A stretch of 64,000 bases of DNA, from NCBI GenBank assembly GCA_965197475.1, contig CBDANF010000003.1, positions 1,536,001 through 1,600,000 on the forward strand. The letters run 5' to 3'. The position numbers and the translations under genes are program-made. The notes beneath the pieces were generated by a model. The model did no database searches, was not told the origin of the DNA, and was given only the letters and a program-made list of their open reading frames with translations. Positions 1 through 9,873 of this stretch are shown one piece after another (the first letter of the stretch is position 1; the number at the start of each line of letters is the position of its first letter). This DNA comes from Candidatus Poribacteria bacterium. GTDB taxonomy: Bacteria; Poribacteria; WGA-4E; WGA-3G.

Positions 1-374
1 TAAGTTTGGTGAAATCAAGTTCAAAATCTCTAAACCTGCACAACCCGAATGATCTGCGAATAAGACATACCGTTAGTTTTGTAGATGCGCCCTCCTTAGT
101 TCAATCCTTACACGGCACTGAATTGGAAACATCAGTGACCTCATCCATATCTCTCACCTTGTTCGACAAACTCTTTGCAATATAGAAAAATATCAGTTAT
201 AATTGACTAAGCTTTGAACAATTTTTAGGGTTCTTGTGTGAGATATTGAATTTTTAGAACCTCTTAGACATCAATACAGATTTATTATACACATTTCGCC
301 CCGCTGGGCTTAGTATGCTAAGGTTATCGCGTTTCTATAAACATTCCGCCCCGCTGGGCTGCTCTTTGCTACTA

Positions 375-471
375 CTTATACCAAATTAATGGGATTAGTC
401 TTATTTTTCTGGGCAGACTGCGCGCTTACAAAGCGCGCCTACCGAGTGGGATCAAGTTAATTTGGTATAAG
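375..471. mobile_element. MITE family A, copy 1 (contains a GTAG-type REP hairpin)
   Basis: Perfect 15-bp terminal inverted repeats CTTATACCAAATTAA / TTAATTTGGTATAAG; internal GCGCGCttacaaaGCGCGCctac; a similar copy lies at 18926-19020. Confidence 0.75.
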
Positions 472-701
472 GTGCTTTTTCTCCGAGTTACATCTCCGCG
501 CAATACTCGCTGAAAATCAAAACATATTTGAAAACTCAACATGAAACTGACAAAAATTGTCCAAACTTCAGTATAATTGAAGATAGCACAAATAGATAGA
601 GTCAGAGGTACAAACCCTCCGATACCCTTCTAAACGGAGTTGGATACAACCTCTTCCATAAAAAGGCGTGCTACTACTGCCATAAAATGTAGGGTACTTT
701 T

Positions 702-2054
702 ATGTACACAGAAAAAAATCACCGTAACCCTTTTTCTAAGTTGATCGCTATATGCGGACTCCTCCTGCTTTTTATTTTAGTGATTAATGCTATGCGAGTT
801 TTTCAGAAAGAGGCATCTCCACCATCCATCCCTAAGGTTGAGGTGAAGGAAAAACATTCTAAATCTAATACGGTTGAAGCGAAGGAAATACGTCCGAAAT
901 CTGTTAGACGCAGGGATACGCTTGATACCAAGCAATCACCCGACGGATTCCGGCTATACCGCTATTGGTGGGTTGGAAGTGCTGCCGTTTACGTGGCAGA
1001 GATGGATCGTGATGCCAAAGACCTTCAATTCGACGTGGAACTCTCTAATTCCCAAATTCTCAGGCGTGAAACTATCACCGGTGCAACAAGACGACTTAAA
1101 AGAAAAGGAATACAGACACTGGCAGGTGTTAATGGGAGTTTCGGGATTCGTGAGGATAATTATGGGCGTGGCGGAATGATTTTCAACCTTCATATTCAAA
1201 AAGGGGAACTTGTCAGTGTCCCCAAATTGATTGATAGATGGGGCTATTCACCTCCATCACCGTGGGGTGAAACCAGTTTTGGAGTTACCCCCGATGGCGA
1301 ATTTCTCTTGGATGCTGTTCTCTTAAACGGTAGACTTCGCATCGGCGAAGAAACCCTGACGATAGACGCTATTAACCAAATTTGCGATTCGTCATGTCCG
1401 GTAGTGCTTTACACGCCTCGCTTTGGAAGAACAACTTTAACGCGCCGATGCTACGAATTTACGCTCGAAAAACTGACACTTCCGCTTACTGGAAAATATA
1501 CGAGTCGTTTTGTCGTCACCGAAGTCAATCCGCGTGGTAATAGCATAATCCCTTCTGATGGTGTTATCCTGGCGATAGAACCACGCGTCGCAATCAACTG
1601 GTATAGGAAAATCGGAAAGTCTGCGACTGGTGTGTTGGATATTGCGCTCACGCCTGAAAAATGGCAGACAGTTCAGACGGGTATCGGTGGCAATCTACGG
1701 CTTTTACGTAACGGTGAAATTGAACCTGAGTTGATTGAATTTGACCGTACCAGAGGTGCCAGTGCTTTCGGACACCGCAACGGTGCTCAGCGGCATCCGC
1801 GGAGTGCATTGGGATTTAACGATGAAAAACTTTTTCTTATTGTTGTTGATGGCAGGCGTCCCGGTCACAGCTCGGGAATGACTTTTTATGATATGGCAAG
1901 TTTTTTTAAAGATATCGGCATCAAACATGCTATTAACTTTGATGGTGGTAGTTCCTCAGCCTTGTGGGCATTGGGCAGAATTGTGAATAAACCCGCACAC
2001 GATTATGAGCGACCTATCTTCAACGTGGCGATGATTCGCAGAAAAGAAAAATAA
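702..2054 (+). CDS. Phosphodiester glycosidase (NAGPA/DUF2233) family membrane-anchored protein
   Basis: N-terminal TM helix; GVNGSF, RHPRSALG, VVDGR and AINFDGGSS motifs. Confidence 0.85.
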   Translation: MYTEKNHRNPFSKLIAICGLLLLFILVINAMRVFQKEASPPSIPKVEVKEKHSKSNTVEAKEIRPKSVRRRDTLDTKQSPDGFRLYRYWWVGSAAVYVAEMDRDAKDLQFDVELSNSQILRRETITGATRRLKRKGIQTLAGVNGSFGIREDNYGRGGMIFNLHIQKGELVSVPKLIDRWGYSPPSPWGETSFGVTPDGEFLLDAVLLNGRLRIGEETLTIDAINQICDSSCPVVLYTPRFGRTTLTRRCYEFTLEKLTLPLTGKYTSRFVVTEVNPRGNSIIPSDGVILAIEPRVAINWYRKIGKSATGVLDIALTPEKWQTVQTGIGGNLRLLRNGEIEPELIEFDRTRGASAFGHRNGAQRHPRSALGFNDEKLFLIVVDGRRPGHSSGMTFYDMASFFKDIGIKHAINFDGGSSSALWALGRIVNKPAHDYERPIFNVAMIRRKEK

Positions 2055-2058
2055 TCCC

Positions 2059-2472
2059 ATGAAACCACGATATGTCATATTATTTTCTGTCCTGTTGTTA
2101 ATCGCTTGTTCAAATAGGAATACCCCGCAAGCAGTCACTGAAGATTTTATCTATAATTACTATAAACTCGCAAATCAAGAAGCGTCACTCCAGTTAAGTT
2201 CGGGACTTGCCACAGAAAAATTGGAAGCTGAAATAGCACGGTTGCAAGAGGTACGCAAACCGGGCGATCCCGCACCCGAAATGCCAAAAATTGAATATAA
2301 GCAGATCGGAAAAGAGACAGCAGATGAAATTGAAAACATAGTCCATGTGTTATTCAACTATCAATTGACAATCAAAAATAGCGATGGTCCAACAACCCAC
2401 ACCCGAAATGTCGTTATTACCACTGAAAACATTGATGGTCAATGGAAGGTTGTTAATTTTGACGAGTATTAA
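2059..2472 (+). CDS. Hypothetical lipoprotein (possible NTF2-like fold)
   Basis: Lipobox LLIAC; C-terminal GQWKVVNF; starts 4 bp after the upstream stop. Confidence 0.7.
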   Translation: MKPRYVILFSVLLLIACSNRNTPQAVTEDFIYNYYKLANQEASLQLSSGLATEKLEAEIARLQEVRKPGDPAPEMPKIEYKQIGKETADEIENIVHVLFNYQLTIKNSDGPTTHTRNVVITTENIDGQWKVVNFDEY

Positions 2473-2517
2473 AAGTGTCAGTAGTTTGAGGTAAAGCGGA
2501 GATTCCGATCTTATCCG

Positions 2518-3636
2518 ATGGAGACTTCCATGAAAACTGGCAGGGTTGCTATCTTTACACAACCACAGGCACCGTTGGAATTTCGGGAATACCCGGTTCC
2601 ATCCGTAACAGCCGGCGACATGCTGGTGCGAATCCGACTGGCGAATATTTGCGGTTCCGATTTACATTTTTGGCGTGGACACGGTCCTAAAATCAGTAGT
2701 GGCATTCCACAGGTGCTCGGTCATGAAATGATCGGCACCATTGAAGCGATGGGACGAAATGTGCAAGTTGACAGTATAGGTCAGCCGCTAACTGAAGGGG
2801 ATCGGATCGTCTATTCCTATTTCAAACCTTGTCAACGTTGTTGGGTATGTCTCAACGGTAAACCTGGCTGTCCGAATCGCTACCGAGATTGGCTCGGTGT
2901 CTCCAGCGAACAACACCCGCACTTCCACGGTGCTTATGGCGAATACTACTACATGAAAGCAGGACATTGGGTTTTTAAAGTGCCTGATGAACTGCCGGAT
3001 AAGCTCGTATCCCCAATTAACTGCGCCTTATCGGAAGTTATCTACGGACTCAATCAGATCGGCATTACGCTTGGAGACACAGTTGTTATCCAAGGAGCAG
3101 GCGGGCTCGGGCTTTATGCGACTGCTGTGGCAAGGGAAATGGGCGCGGGAAAAATCATTGTCCTTGATCGGTTGCCTGCCCGTCTCGCGCTTGCTCATGA
3201 ATTTGGTGCGGATTATACCCTCAACGTTGATGAACTTGAAATGGAAGATCGCATTGATTATGTCCTTGAGCAGACAAACGGTATCGGTGCTGACCTGGTG
3301 GCAGAATTTGTAGGTTCTCCGCGTGTTCTTGCTGAAGGTGTAGAAATGCTTCGGTGGGGTGGACGTTATCTTTGGATTGGCAACATCAATCTCGGATTTC
3401 CAACGGAAATTGATCCGGGTAATATCGTTCGGTGTAGCAAAACTATCCGAGGTGTGATCGTCTATGAACCGTGGGTAATCCCACGTGCACTTGATTTCCT
3501 AAGCCGAACACGAGACAAATATCCGTTCCACAAAATCATCTCTGATACCTTTTCATTTGATCATATTAACGATGCTTTCTCTTACGCTAATGAGGGTTCT
3601 GCTATCCGTGTCGGTTTGGAATTTGGCGAGGTCTAA
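2518..3636 (+). CDS. Zinc-dependent alcohol dehydrogenase (MDR family)
   Basis: CGSDLH, GHE, structural CxxCxxC...C and GAGGLG Rossmann motifs. Confidence 0.92.
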   Translation: METSMKTGRVAIFTQPQAPLEFREYPVPSVTAGDMLVRIRLANICGSDLHFWRGHGPKISSGIPQVLGHEMIGTIEAMGRNVQVDSIGQPLTEGDRIVYSYFKPCQRCWVCLNGKPGCPNRYRDWLGVSSEQHPHFHGAYGEYYYMKAGHWVFKVPDELPDKLVSPINCALSEVIYGLNQIGITLGDTVVIQGAGGLGLYATAVAREMGAGKIIVLDRLPARLALAHEFGADYTLNVDELEMEDRIDYVLEQTNGIGADLVAEFVGSPRVLAEGVEMLRWGGRYLWIGNINLGFPTEIDPGNIVRCSKTIRGVIVYEPWVIPRALDFLSRTRDKYPFHKIISDTFSFDHINDAFSYANEGSAIRVGLEFGEV

Positions 3637-3890
3637 TAATTTATGCTATGGAATTAGAAAATGCGTAACTACAGAAAATTAAAAGATTACCATATTCAAC
3701 TACGCGATCCAGGGGACCCAAAGATATCTTTCTGTGTCACTTGAGGATTATGAGAAGAATGGGGACATAGACGGGTTTTTTATTACTCGCGGTCAAAGAT
3801 GTCGCTGAGGCACAAGGAAATCGGGCTTAGAAAGCCCTCCCAAAGAGTGTTTTGTGACAATTGAATAGCTATGTTCCAAAATATTAAAAG

Positions 3891-3919
3891 TTGACAATAT
3901 CTTTTTTATATAATATACT
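3891..3919 (+). promoter_or_regulatory. Sigma70-type promoter of ndk
   Basis: TTGACA-17 bp-TATACT. Confidence 0.7.
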
Positions 3920-3996
3920 TAAAAGATTAGGTGTCAAGACAGACATCTGTATTCAATCCTACAGGAACTTGCTTTTAACGTTGAAACGGAGTTGAT

Positions 3997-4416
3997 ATGG
4001 AAATAGAACAGACACTGATTCTGGTGAAACCAGATGGTGTTCAACGCGGACTTATCGGAGAGATCATTTCCCGCTACGAACAAAAAGGACTTAAACTTAT
4101 TGGTCTAAAGTTAATACAATTCCCGCGCGTTAAAGCGGAAGAGCTATACGCAATCCATAAGGGACAGTCGTTTTATGATCGACTCATTGAATTCATGACC
4201 TCAACGCCCATTGTTGCTATTGCTGTTGAGGGCAAGAACGCGATTAAATTATCTCGTATCATTAACGGTGCAACGGATCCGATTGAATCCGCACCTGGCA
4301 GTATTCGCGGGGACTATTCAACTGACATCACATATAACCTCGTGCATGCTTCGGATTGCTTGGAGAACGCTAAGCGGGAATTAGCCATCTTGTTTTCATC
4401 AGAAGAACTCTGTTAA
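3997..4416 (+). CDS. ndk: Nucleoside diphosphate kinase
   Basis: KPDGVQRGLIGEII, PGSIRGD and NLVHASD (catalytic His). Confidence 0.97.
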   Translation: MEIEQTLILVKPDGVQRGLIGEIISRYEQKGLKLIGLKLIQFPRVKAEELYAIHKGQSFYDRLIEFMTSTPIVAIAVEGKNAIKLSRIINGATDPIESAPGSIRGDYSTDITYNLVHASDCLENAKRELAILFSSEELC

Positions 4417-4598
4417 CACTTTTGAATTGTTTTGACGCGGTGCTCATAATTTTATCTTCAACACAAAAGTTATTTCAAAAAGTTTCATCAAAGTTTTCGG
4501 GATAGAAACCTCGCCTTATAAGTTTACTATTACCAAAACGTGCCAGCGTTGACTATACCCGTTTATCCGTTTAATCGCATCAGAGAAGTCCGCAACTC

Positions 4599-5504
4599 TC
4601 ACATTTGTGAGCAGCCAATTGAATTCAGGTACTGGAAATTCCGTTTGGCACTCCGATATGGACTGCCCATGCCCGGTAAAACATCCTGCTCAACGACAAC
4701 CCATCCATCATAATTGCGATTTCGCAACTCCCCTATGAACGCAGGAAAATCAATATCTCCTTTGCCCAATTCACAGAAAACGCCTTTCCCTACAGACTCA
4801 AAGTAATTCCAACCATCTCTGCGGGAACGGGCAGCGATTTCAGGGTGGCAATCCTTGAAATGCACGTGCCATATCCGTTCAGCGTGCCGATCAAATATGT
4901 CAAGTGGGTCACCACCACCGAATCGGTAATGTCCCGTATCAAAACATAACCCGACCAGATTCGGATCGGTGCGTTGCATCAACGTGTCCACTTCCGCAGG
5001 TGTTTCTACATATCCCGCACAGTGATGATGAAATACGGTGCGTAGTCCCGATTCGTCTCGTACTGATTGCGCGATACGATGCACACCCTCCACAAAAGTG
5101 TCCCACTGATCATGCGTTAAGCCGTGTTCTGGACAGATGCGCCCAGCATTGTGCGTGCGCTGTTCCACAGTGCCGTTGTCATCTGAAAGCACGATGAACG
5201 CAGTATCCCCGCTTGCATCTGCCAACAGACGTGCATGCTGTCCTGCTGATGCCTCACCCGTTGCGTGTGTCTCAGCATCTGCAAGCGCGACCGGCACAAA
5301 TGCACCTAACAAGGTCAACTCGCGTGCTGCAAGTTCGTCGCGGAGTTGTGCGGGGTCAGTCGGCATGAAACCCCAATCTCCCAATTCGGTGCCACTATAA
5401 CCGATTGCGTGCATCTCGTCTAATACTTGGGTGTAGTCGGGGGATTTGCCTTGTAGGTCAAATTCAAGCACACCCCAGGAACATGGGGCATTTGCGATTT
5501 TCAT
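4599..5504 (-). CDS. Xylose-isomerase-like TIM barrel, IolE (inosose dehydratase)-like
   Basis: NAPCSWGV, FHHH, DTGH, HVHFKD and VVEQD motifs. Confidence 0.85.
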   Translation of the reverse strand: MKIANAPCSWGVLEFDLQGKSPDYTQVLDEMHAIGYSGTELGDWGFMPTDPAQLRDELAARELTLLGAFVPVALADAETHATGEASAGQHARLLADASGDTAFIVLSDDNGTVEQRTHNAGRICPEHGLTHDQWDTFVEGVHRIAQSVRDESGLRTVFHHHCAGYVETPAEVDTLMQRTDPNLVGLCFDTGHYRFGGGDPLDIFDRHAERIWHVHFKDCHPEIAARSRRDGWNYFESVGKGVFCELGKGDIDFPAFIGELRNRNYDGWVVVEQDVLPGMGSPYRSAKRNFQYLNSIGCSQM

Positions 5505-5507
5505 GGG

Positions 5508-6188
5508 TTATCGGTTCCTTACGACCTTTCTGAAATCCTTAACAAAATGCCCGAAAAGTTTGACTTGATCAGTTTCCTCAAGATCCTCTGTTGTTAACAC
5601 ATAAGTCCCATCAAGATCACTTTCCGCAATGGCCCGTCCTTTTTTGTGAGGTTCAATTTTTGTCAAGGTGCCGTCAGTATCAGGAGTAATTAGATATACC
5701 TTGATATGTTTTGTATTGCCATTTTGGCAAAATTTGAATTTCCAATAACCTGTCTGAGCAACCCTTTCTCTCAAAGAAGTTTTACATGAGATTATAGCGA
5801 TAACTCGGAAATTTTTAGGGTTGTAAACAACTATATCAGCATCTGGTAAATGCATCCCATTTTTTCCATAATTGATGACCACATTTCGCTTTACAGCATC
5901 TAATTGATCTGACAATTTTTTCTTGTTTAACTCATTGTCGTTAACAGTCTTTAACCCTAAAGTTTCAATTGAATCTGTAATAATATATTGAATCAATTTT
6001 TGAAAATTCTTTCCTTTAAATGAACGCCAACTTTGGCCTTTGTCTTTGTCTGGATCATGTTCAGCAAGGTAAGCATAACGGAGTTCCTTTGCCTCATCCA
6101 AAAGTTCATGCATGTATCTGTATGCTTCTTCACCTCTTCTCTCTTTCATTCTGAGATACAAATTTTTTAAATCTTCAAAATCTTTCAC
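5508..6188 (-). CDS. BsaWI-like type II restriction endonuclease, paralog 2
   Basis: PDADIVVY...SCKTSLRERVAQTGYWK PD-(D/E)xK motif; clearly homologous to the adjacent ORF. Confidence 0.8.
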   Translation of the reverse strand: MKDFEDLKNLYLRMKERRGEEAYRYMHELLDEAKELRYAYLAEHDPDKDKGQSWRSFKGKNFQKLIQYIITDSIETLGLKTVNDNELNKKKLSDQLDAVKRNVVINYGKNGMHLPDADIVVYNPKNFRVIAIISCKTSLRERVAQTGYWKFKFCQNGNTKHIKVYLITPDTDGTLTKIEPHKKGRAIAESDLDGTYVLTTEDLEETDQVKLFGHFVKDFRKVVRNR

Positions 6189-6200
6189 TGTAATTATTCC

Positions 6201-6881
6201 TTAATTGTCTTCTATCAGTTGTTTGAAATCCTCAATAAAATGCTCAAAAAGCTTTACCTTATCGCTCTCTTCTATGTCCGCTTCGGTTAGTACATAAGTG
6301 CCGTCAAGGTCAATCTCAACAATGGCACGTCCTTTTTTGGGAAGATATGTTGTTGTCAAGGTGCCATCTTCGTCAGGGGTGATAAAGTATACCTTAATGT
6401 GTTCTGTGGTTTCATCTGCTAATAATTTGAGTTTCCAATAGCCTGTTTGGGCAATTCGCTCACGAAGTGTAACTTTGCTTGAAATAACAGCAATTACTTT
6501 CATGTTGTTAGGATTGTAGACCACAATATCAACATCGGGTAAATGCAACCCAAATTCCCCGTAATCAATAGCTAAATTTCTTTTAACTAAGCCCAGCTCG
6601 TAGGATAGACTTCTACTACGTTCTAATTTATTACCGTTGATGACCTTCATACCCATGGCTTCAATTGATGCCGTGATAATGTGCTGAATCAGTTTCTCAA
6701 AATTCTTTCCCTTAAAAGCACGCCAGCTCTGTTCATGATCTCCTTCGGGTTTGTCTTTTAAAAAATCCTGCTTATGCTGTTCTTTCGCATCCTGCAAAAG
6801 TTGAGAAATCGACTTGTAAGCTTCTACTCCTTCTTGCAATTGTGTCCTACTGTACATTTCTTTTAAATCTTCAAATTTCAT
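6201..6881 (-). CDS. BsaWI-like type II restriction endonuclease, paralog 1
   Basis: QSWRAFKGKNFE and PDVDIVVY...SSKVTLRERIAQTGYWK; directly downstream of a methyltransferase. Confidence 0.82.
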   Translation of the reverse strand: MKFEDLKEMYSRTQLQEGVEAYKSISQLLQDAKEQHKQDFLKDKPEGDHEQSWRAFKGKNFEKLIQHIITASIEAMGMKVINGNKLERSRSLSYELGLVKRNLAIDYGEFGLHLPDVDIVVYNPNNMKVIAVISSKVTLRERIAQTGYWKLKLLADETTEHIKVYFITPDEDGTLTTTYLPKKGRAIVEIDLDGTYVLTEADIEESDKVKLFEHFIEDFKQLIEDN

Positions 6882-6888
6882 AAAATAC

Positions 6889-8202
6889 TTACTCCTTTAA
6901 GCCGATAACAATGTACTCCGTCGGATATGCCTGTGCGTCGGCTTTGTCCTTACTTGCAAATCTTCCCGTTTTTTCGTCCCTTGTTTGAGGTAGAATCTTC
7001 AATGGAATTTCTCGTTTAATTAGTTTATCAAGTTTAAAGCCTGAATGTTGTAAAGAATCGGCGAATGCTTCTGCGTTAAGAATATCAACCCCGCGTAACT
7101 TGGTGTTCCCAATGACATAGCAACACCTACCACCCGGTTTCAAAATTCTGAAACTTTCGTTAAAAACCTCCTGCATATCAATAAAGAAAGCATCAATTTC
7201 CTTCGCTTTTTTACTATTCTTCTCTACCATTTCATCAACAATCTTGGATGCTATTTGACTCTTTAGTGCCTTGTTCTCATAATGCTTGTAGGAGGTGCCA
7301 ATAAATATTTTTCTATACTCTTTGAGATCGCCTGCTAAATCCAACCAGAGCGTTGAGAGTTGATGTAGATCTGCATATTCGTAACTTGTCACATACGGAC
7401 TTGAACTTACAATTAGATCAACACTATCATCTGGAACAGGCTGTTCTTTGGCGCAACCAATTCGGATTTTTAGGTAACTATCAGGATCGTCTTTAACGTG
7501 AGACGGTACAACATCGTAAAATTGAGAATTTCCCTTTAGCATTTTCAGAAGGTGTCTTTTGATAGCATCGTAGGGACGTGTGGACCGCTTATTGAAATCG
7601 CGTGCTGGCTTAGTGCTACTTAGACTCCAAATTGAACATGTTTTGAGGACATGACTAAACGCAACAAGGAGAAAGGACTTGATTACGGATTCATCTTCTT
7701 TACGAATTACGGCTAAAATTTTCGCAAGTTCGTCTCGTGCAGATTCCGTGAACCAATAGTCTATCTTTTCTAAATGTTTCTCAGGGATGTAAGGCTCTAT
7801 CTGATTTTTACTAAATAATCCATTCTCTACCTCAGGAGGACAAATCTGTAACAGAAAGTCATTAACTTTTTTCTTAAGATAGTCTGGACAGATCGCTTTT
7901 GCTTTTGCTCCAGTCATCAAATAAGCAATTCTGTTAATATCTGTTCCACTTGCATGAAATCCGCGCGATATCGCGCTAACAATGGTTGTGCCACACCCCA
8001 TAAACGGGTCGTTTACACTAGCAGCCTCATTGTCTATGTAGGTATCCATTAACTTCTCAACAAGTTGCGGAATGAACTTGGCGGGATAGCGGTGGTAGCC
8101 ATGCGTCCATTTTCCCGTGTCTGATGGCTTACATTCGCTGAACGACCAGTCTTTGTCAATGGATGTCTGGTCAAACCATTCATGTATTTCGTTTGGTGAC
8201 AT
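6889..8202 (-). CDS. DNA amino-methyltransferase (probably N4-cytosine, alpha motif order)
   Basis: THGYHRYPAKF; DPFMGCGTT (motif I) precedes SSPY (a variant of SPPY motif IV); RILKPGG. Confidence 0.88.
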   Translation of the reverse strand: MSPNEIHEWFDQTSIDKDWSFSECKPSDTGKWTHGYHRYPAKFIPQLVEKLMDTYIDNEAASVNDPFMGCGTTIVSAISRGFHASGTDINRIAYLMTGAKAKAICPDYLKKKVNDFLLQICPPEVENGLFSKNQIEPYIPEKHLEKIDYWFTESARDELAKILAVIRKEDESVIKSFLLVAFSHVLKTCSIWSLSSTKPARDFNKRSTRPYDAIKRHLLKMLKGNSQFYDVVPSHVKDDPDSYLKIRIGCAKEQPVPDDSVDLIVSSSPYVTSYEYADLHQLSTLWLDLAGDLKEYRKIFIGTSYKHYENKALKSQIASKIVDEMVEKNSKKAKEIDAFFIDMQEVFNESFRILKPGGRCCYVIGNTKLRGVDILNAEAFADSLQHSGFKLDKLIKREIPLKILPQTRDEKTGRFASKDKADAQAYPTEYIVIGLKE

Positions 8203-8314
8203 GAAATTGCCTCAATTTTGTTCGGGTGGAAAAGTCCATATATCTTAAAAACAAAGAAAATCGTAACTTCTTAATAAACGTCTCAGTGAGTGTAACTGTT
8301 TCGGAGACACTCGT

Positions 8315-8743
8315 TTATGCAGCTTCCCCTCTAATAGTAACGATGCTCTCAGGTGTTTTGTATCTTTCAAAAAGCACGTCTGACACCTCTCCTATTAACA
8401 TAGGATAACTCTTAGATATTTCACAGTCATCTACAAAATAATATAAGGCACCAACAGGTGCACGAGGGCAAAGGTCTTTATGGTAATCAATGTAATAATT
8501 TACCATTATGTTTACAATCGTCTTAACAGGTAAAAATTCATTTTTTCCAATATGCTCCCCAACCGTGCGGTTAAGGGCAGCTCGCCAAGGACCAGAACGA
8601 TTAAGAGGATTAAAAGGTTCGGATTTATCCGCTAATACACTTTTTGCAGCTGTAATAATTTTTTTATGCGGGATTGTGTCCGCAATTGCCGTTGCTATCT
8701 CGTTGAACGTCATTTCTGGATGGATAGTCAATGTATAGACCAT
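8315..8743 (-). CDS. Hypothetical protein
   Basis: 142-aa ORF with an AAGGAG RBS; co-oriented with the TPR and RM genes. Confidence 0.6.
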   Translation of the reverse strand: MVYTLTIHPEMTFNEIATAIADTIPHKKIITAAKSVLADKSEPFNPLNRSGPWRAALNRTVGEHIGKNEFLPVKTIVNIMVNYYIDYHKDLCPRAPVGALYYFVDDCEISKSYPMLIGEVSDVLFERYKTPESIVTIRGEAA

Positions 8744-8793
8744 GAGTTTCTCCTTTATGTTTTTCGTTACATAATTTTACTTGAAATAGGTTT

Positions 8794-9873
8794 TTACAAA
8801 TCCTGTTTCAACTCTGAAATCTTGTCAAAATCTTGCATGGCAGCCTCCAAATTGTCCAGTCGTAAGTAAGTCATAGCGCGTTCAAAGTAAAGCTCTGTGA
8901 AGGTAGGGATTAGTTTAATCGCCTCAGTAAAATCGGCAATTGCTTTTTCATACTCGCCTTTTTTGACGTAAATTTTACCGCGTTCTTCGTAGATTTCGGC
9001 ATCATAGGGTCGGAGTTCTATTTCCTTGCTAAATCCTTCAATTGCTTTGTCATACTCACCTCGTTCACCGTAAAGAGTAGCACGATAACCGGACGCATCG
9101 GCATGCTCTGGAGCAAGTTTAATTGCCATGCTAAAATCAGCGATTGCCTTGTCATACTCTTCTCCCTCAACGTAAAGTTTTCCACGAGTGTAATATGCAT
9201 CAACATCTTGCGGATTGAGTTCTATTGCTTTGGTATAGTCTTCAATAGCCTTGTCAAAATCAACTTTTTTGAGGTGGGCTTTCGCGCGATTACTGTACGC
9301 TTCAGCATAATCAGATTTAAGTTTTATCGCTTCACTATAATCTGCAATGGCTTTGTCATACTCGCCAATGTAACTATAGGCATTGCCCCGCTTGATATAA
9401 CCCTCAACCATTTTCGGATTAAGTGTTAAACCTGCCGTGTAAAGCGCAATTTCTTTTTCGGCATCTTCTTTATTCTGAATGTGATCAATAGGATAGCCTC
9501 TGTTAATCTCTTGACACTGTTGTAAAAACCGCCAGTATCCAGCGACTCCAAGTTTATCAATAAGAACTTTAAGTCCGATTTCAAAAATTTCAATATCCGT
9601 CATTTTTCGGATTTCGCTTTGAGGTGCTGCGAGTCTTTCAGCGTACTTGCGTGCTTCCGCTTCTTTCACTGCGCGTCTCTCTTGGATCCGCTCAACGATA
9701 GTGTCAATATCACCCTGATTTGCTAACAATTTATGACGATCAACAGAGTAATCACCCCCACCCGGCTTGCATTGGCGAATAAATCGCTCAACTTGATCGG
9801 CACCAAGTTTATCAGCAAGTATCTTATGACCGAGTTCATAAAGTTCTTTGTCTGTCATTTCAAGTATTTTCAT
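8794..9873 (-). CDS. Duplicated putative antitoxin domain fused to about 6 TPR repeats
   Basis: Two MTDxExxExGxKxLxDKLG repeats, then AYxxRG...YDKAIxDxxxAIxLxP TPR units; overlaps the restored PIN stop codon. Confidence 0.85.
   Translation of the reverse strand: MKILEMTDKELYELGHKILADKLGADQVERFIRQCKPGGGDYSVDRHKLLANQGDIDTIVERIQERRAVKEAEARKYAERLAAPQSEIRKMTDIEIFEIGLKVLIDKLGVAGYWRFLQQCQEINRGYPIDHIQNKEDAEKEIALYTAGLTLNPKMVEGYIKRGNAYSYIGEYDKAIADYSEAIKLKSDYAEAYSNRAKAHLKKVDFDKAIEDYTKAIELNPQDVDAYYTRGKLYVEGEEYDKAIADFSMAIKLAPEHADASGYRATLYGERGEYDKAIEGFSKEIELRPYDAEIYEERGKIYVKKGEYEKAIADFTEAIKLIPTFTELYFERAMTYLRLDNLEAAMQDFDKISELKQDL

Noticed and set aside
1-160. Partial gene at the window start
   Set aside because: No frame gives a recognisable product
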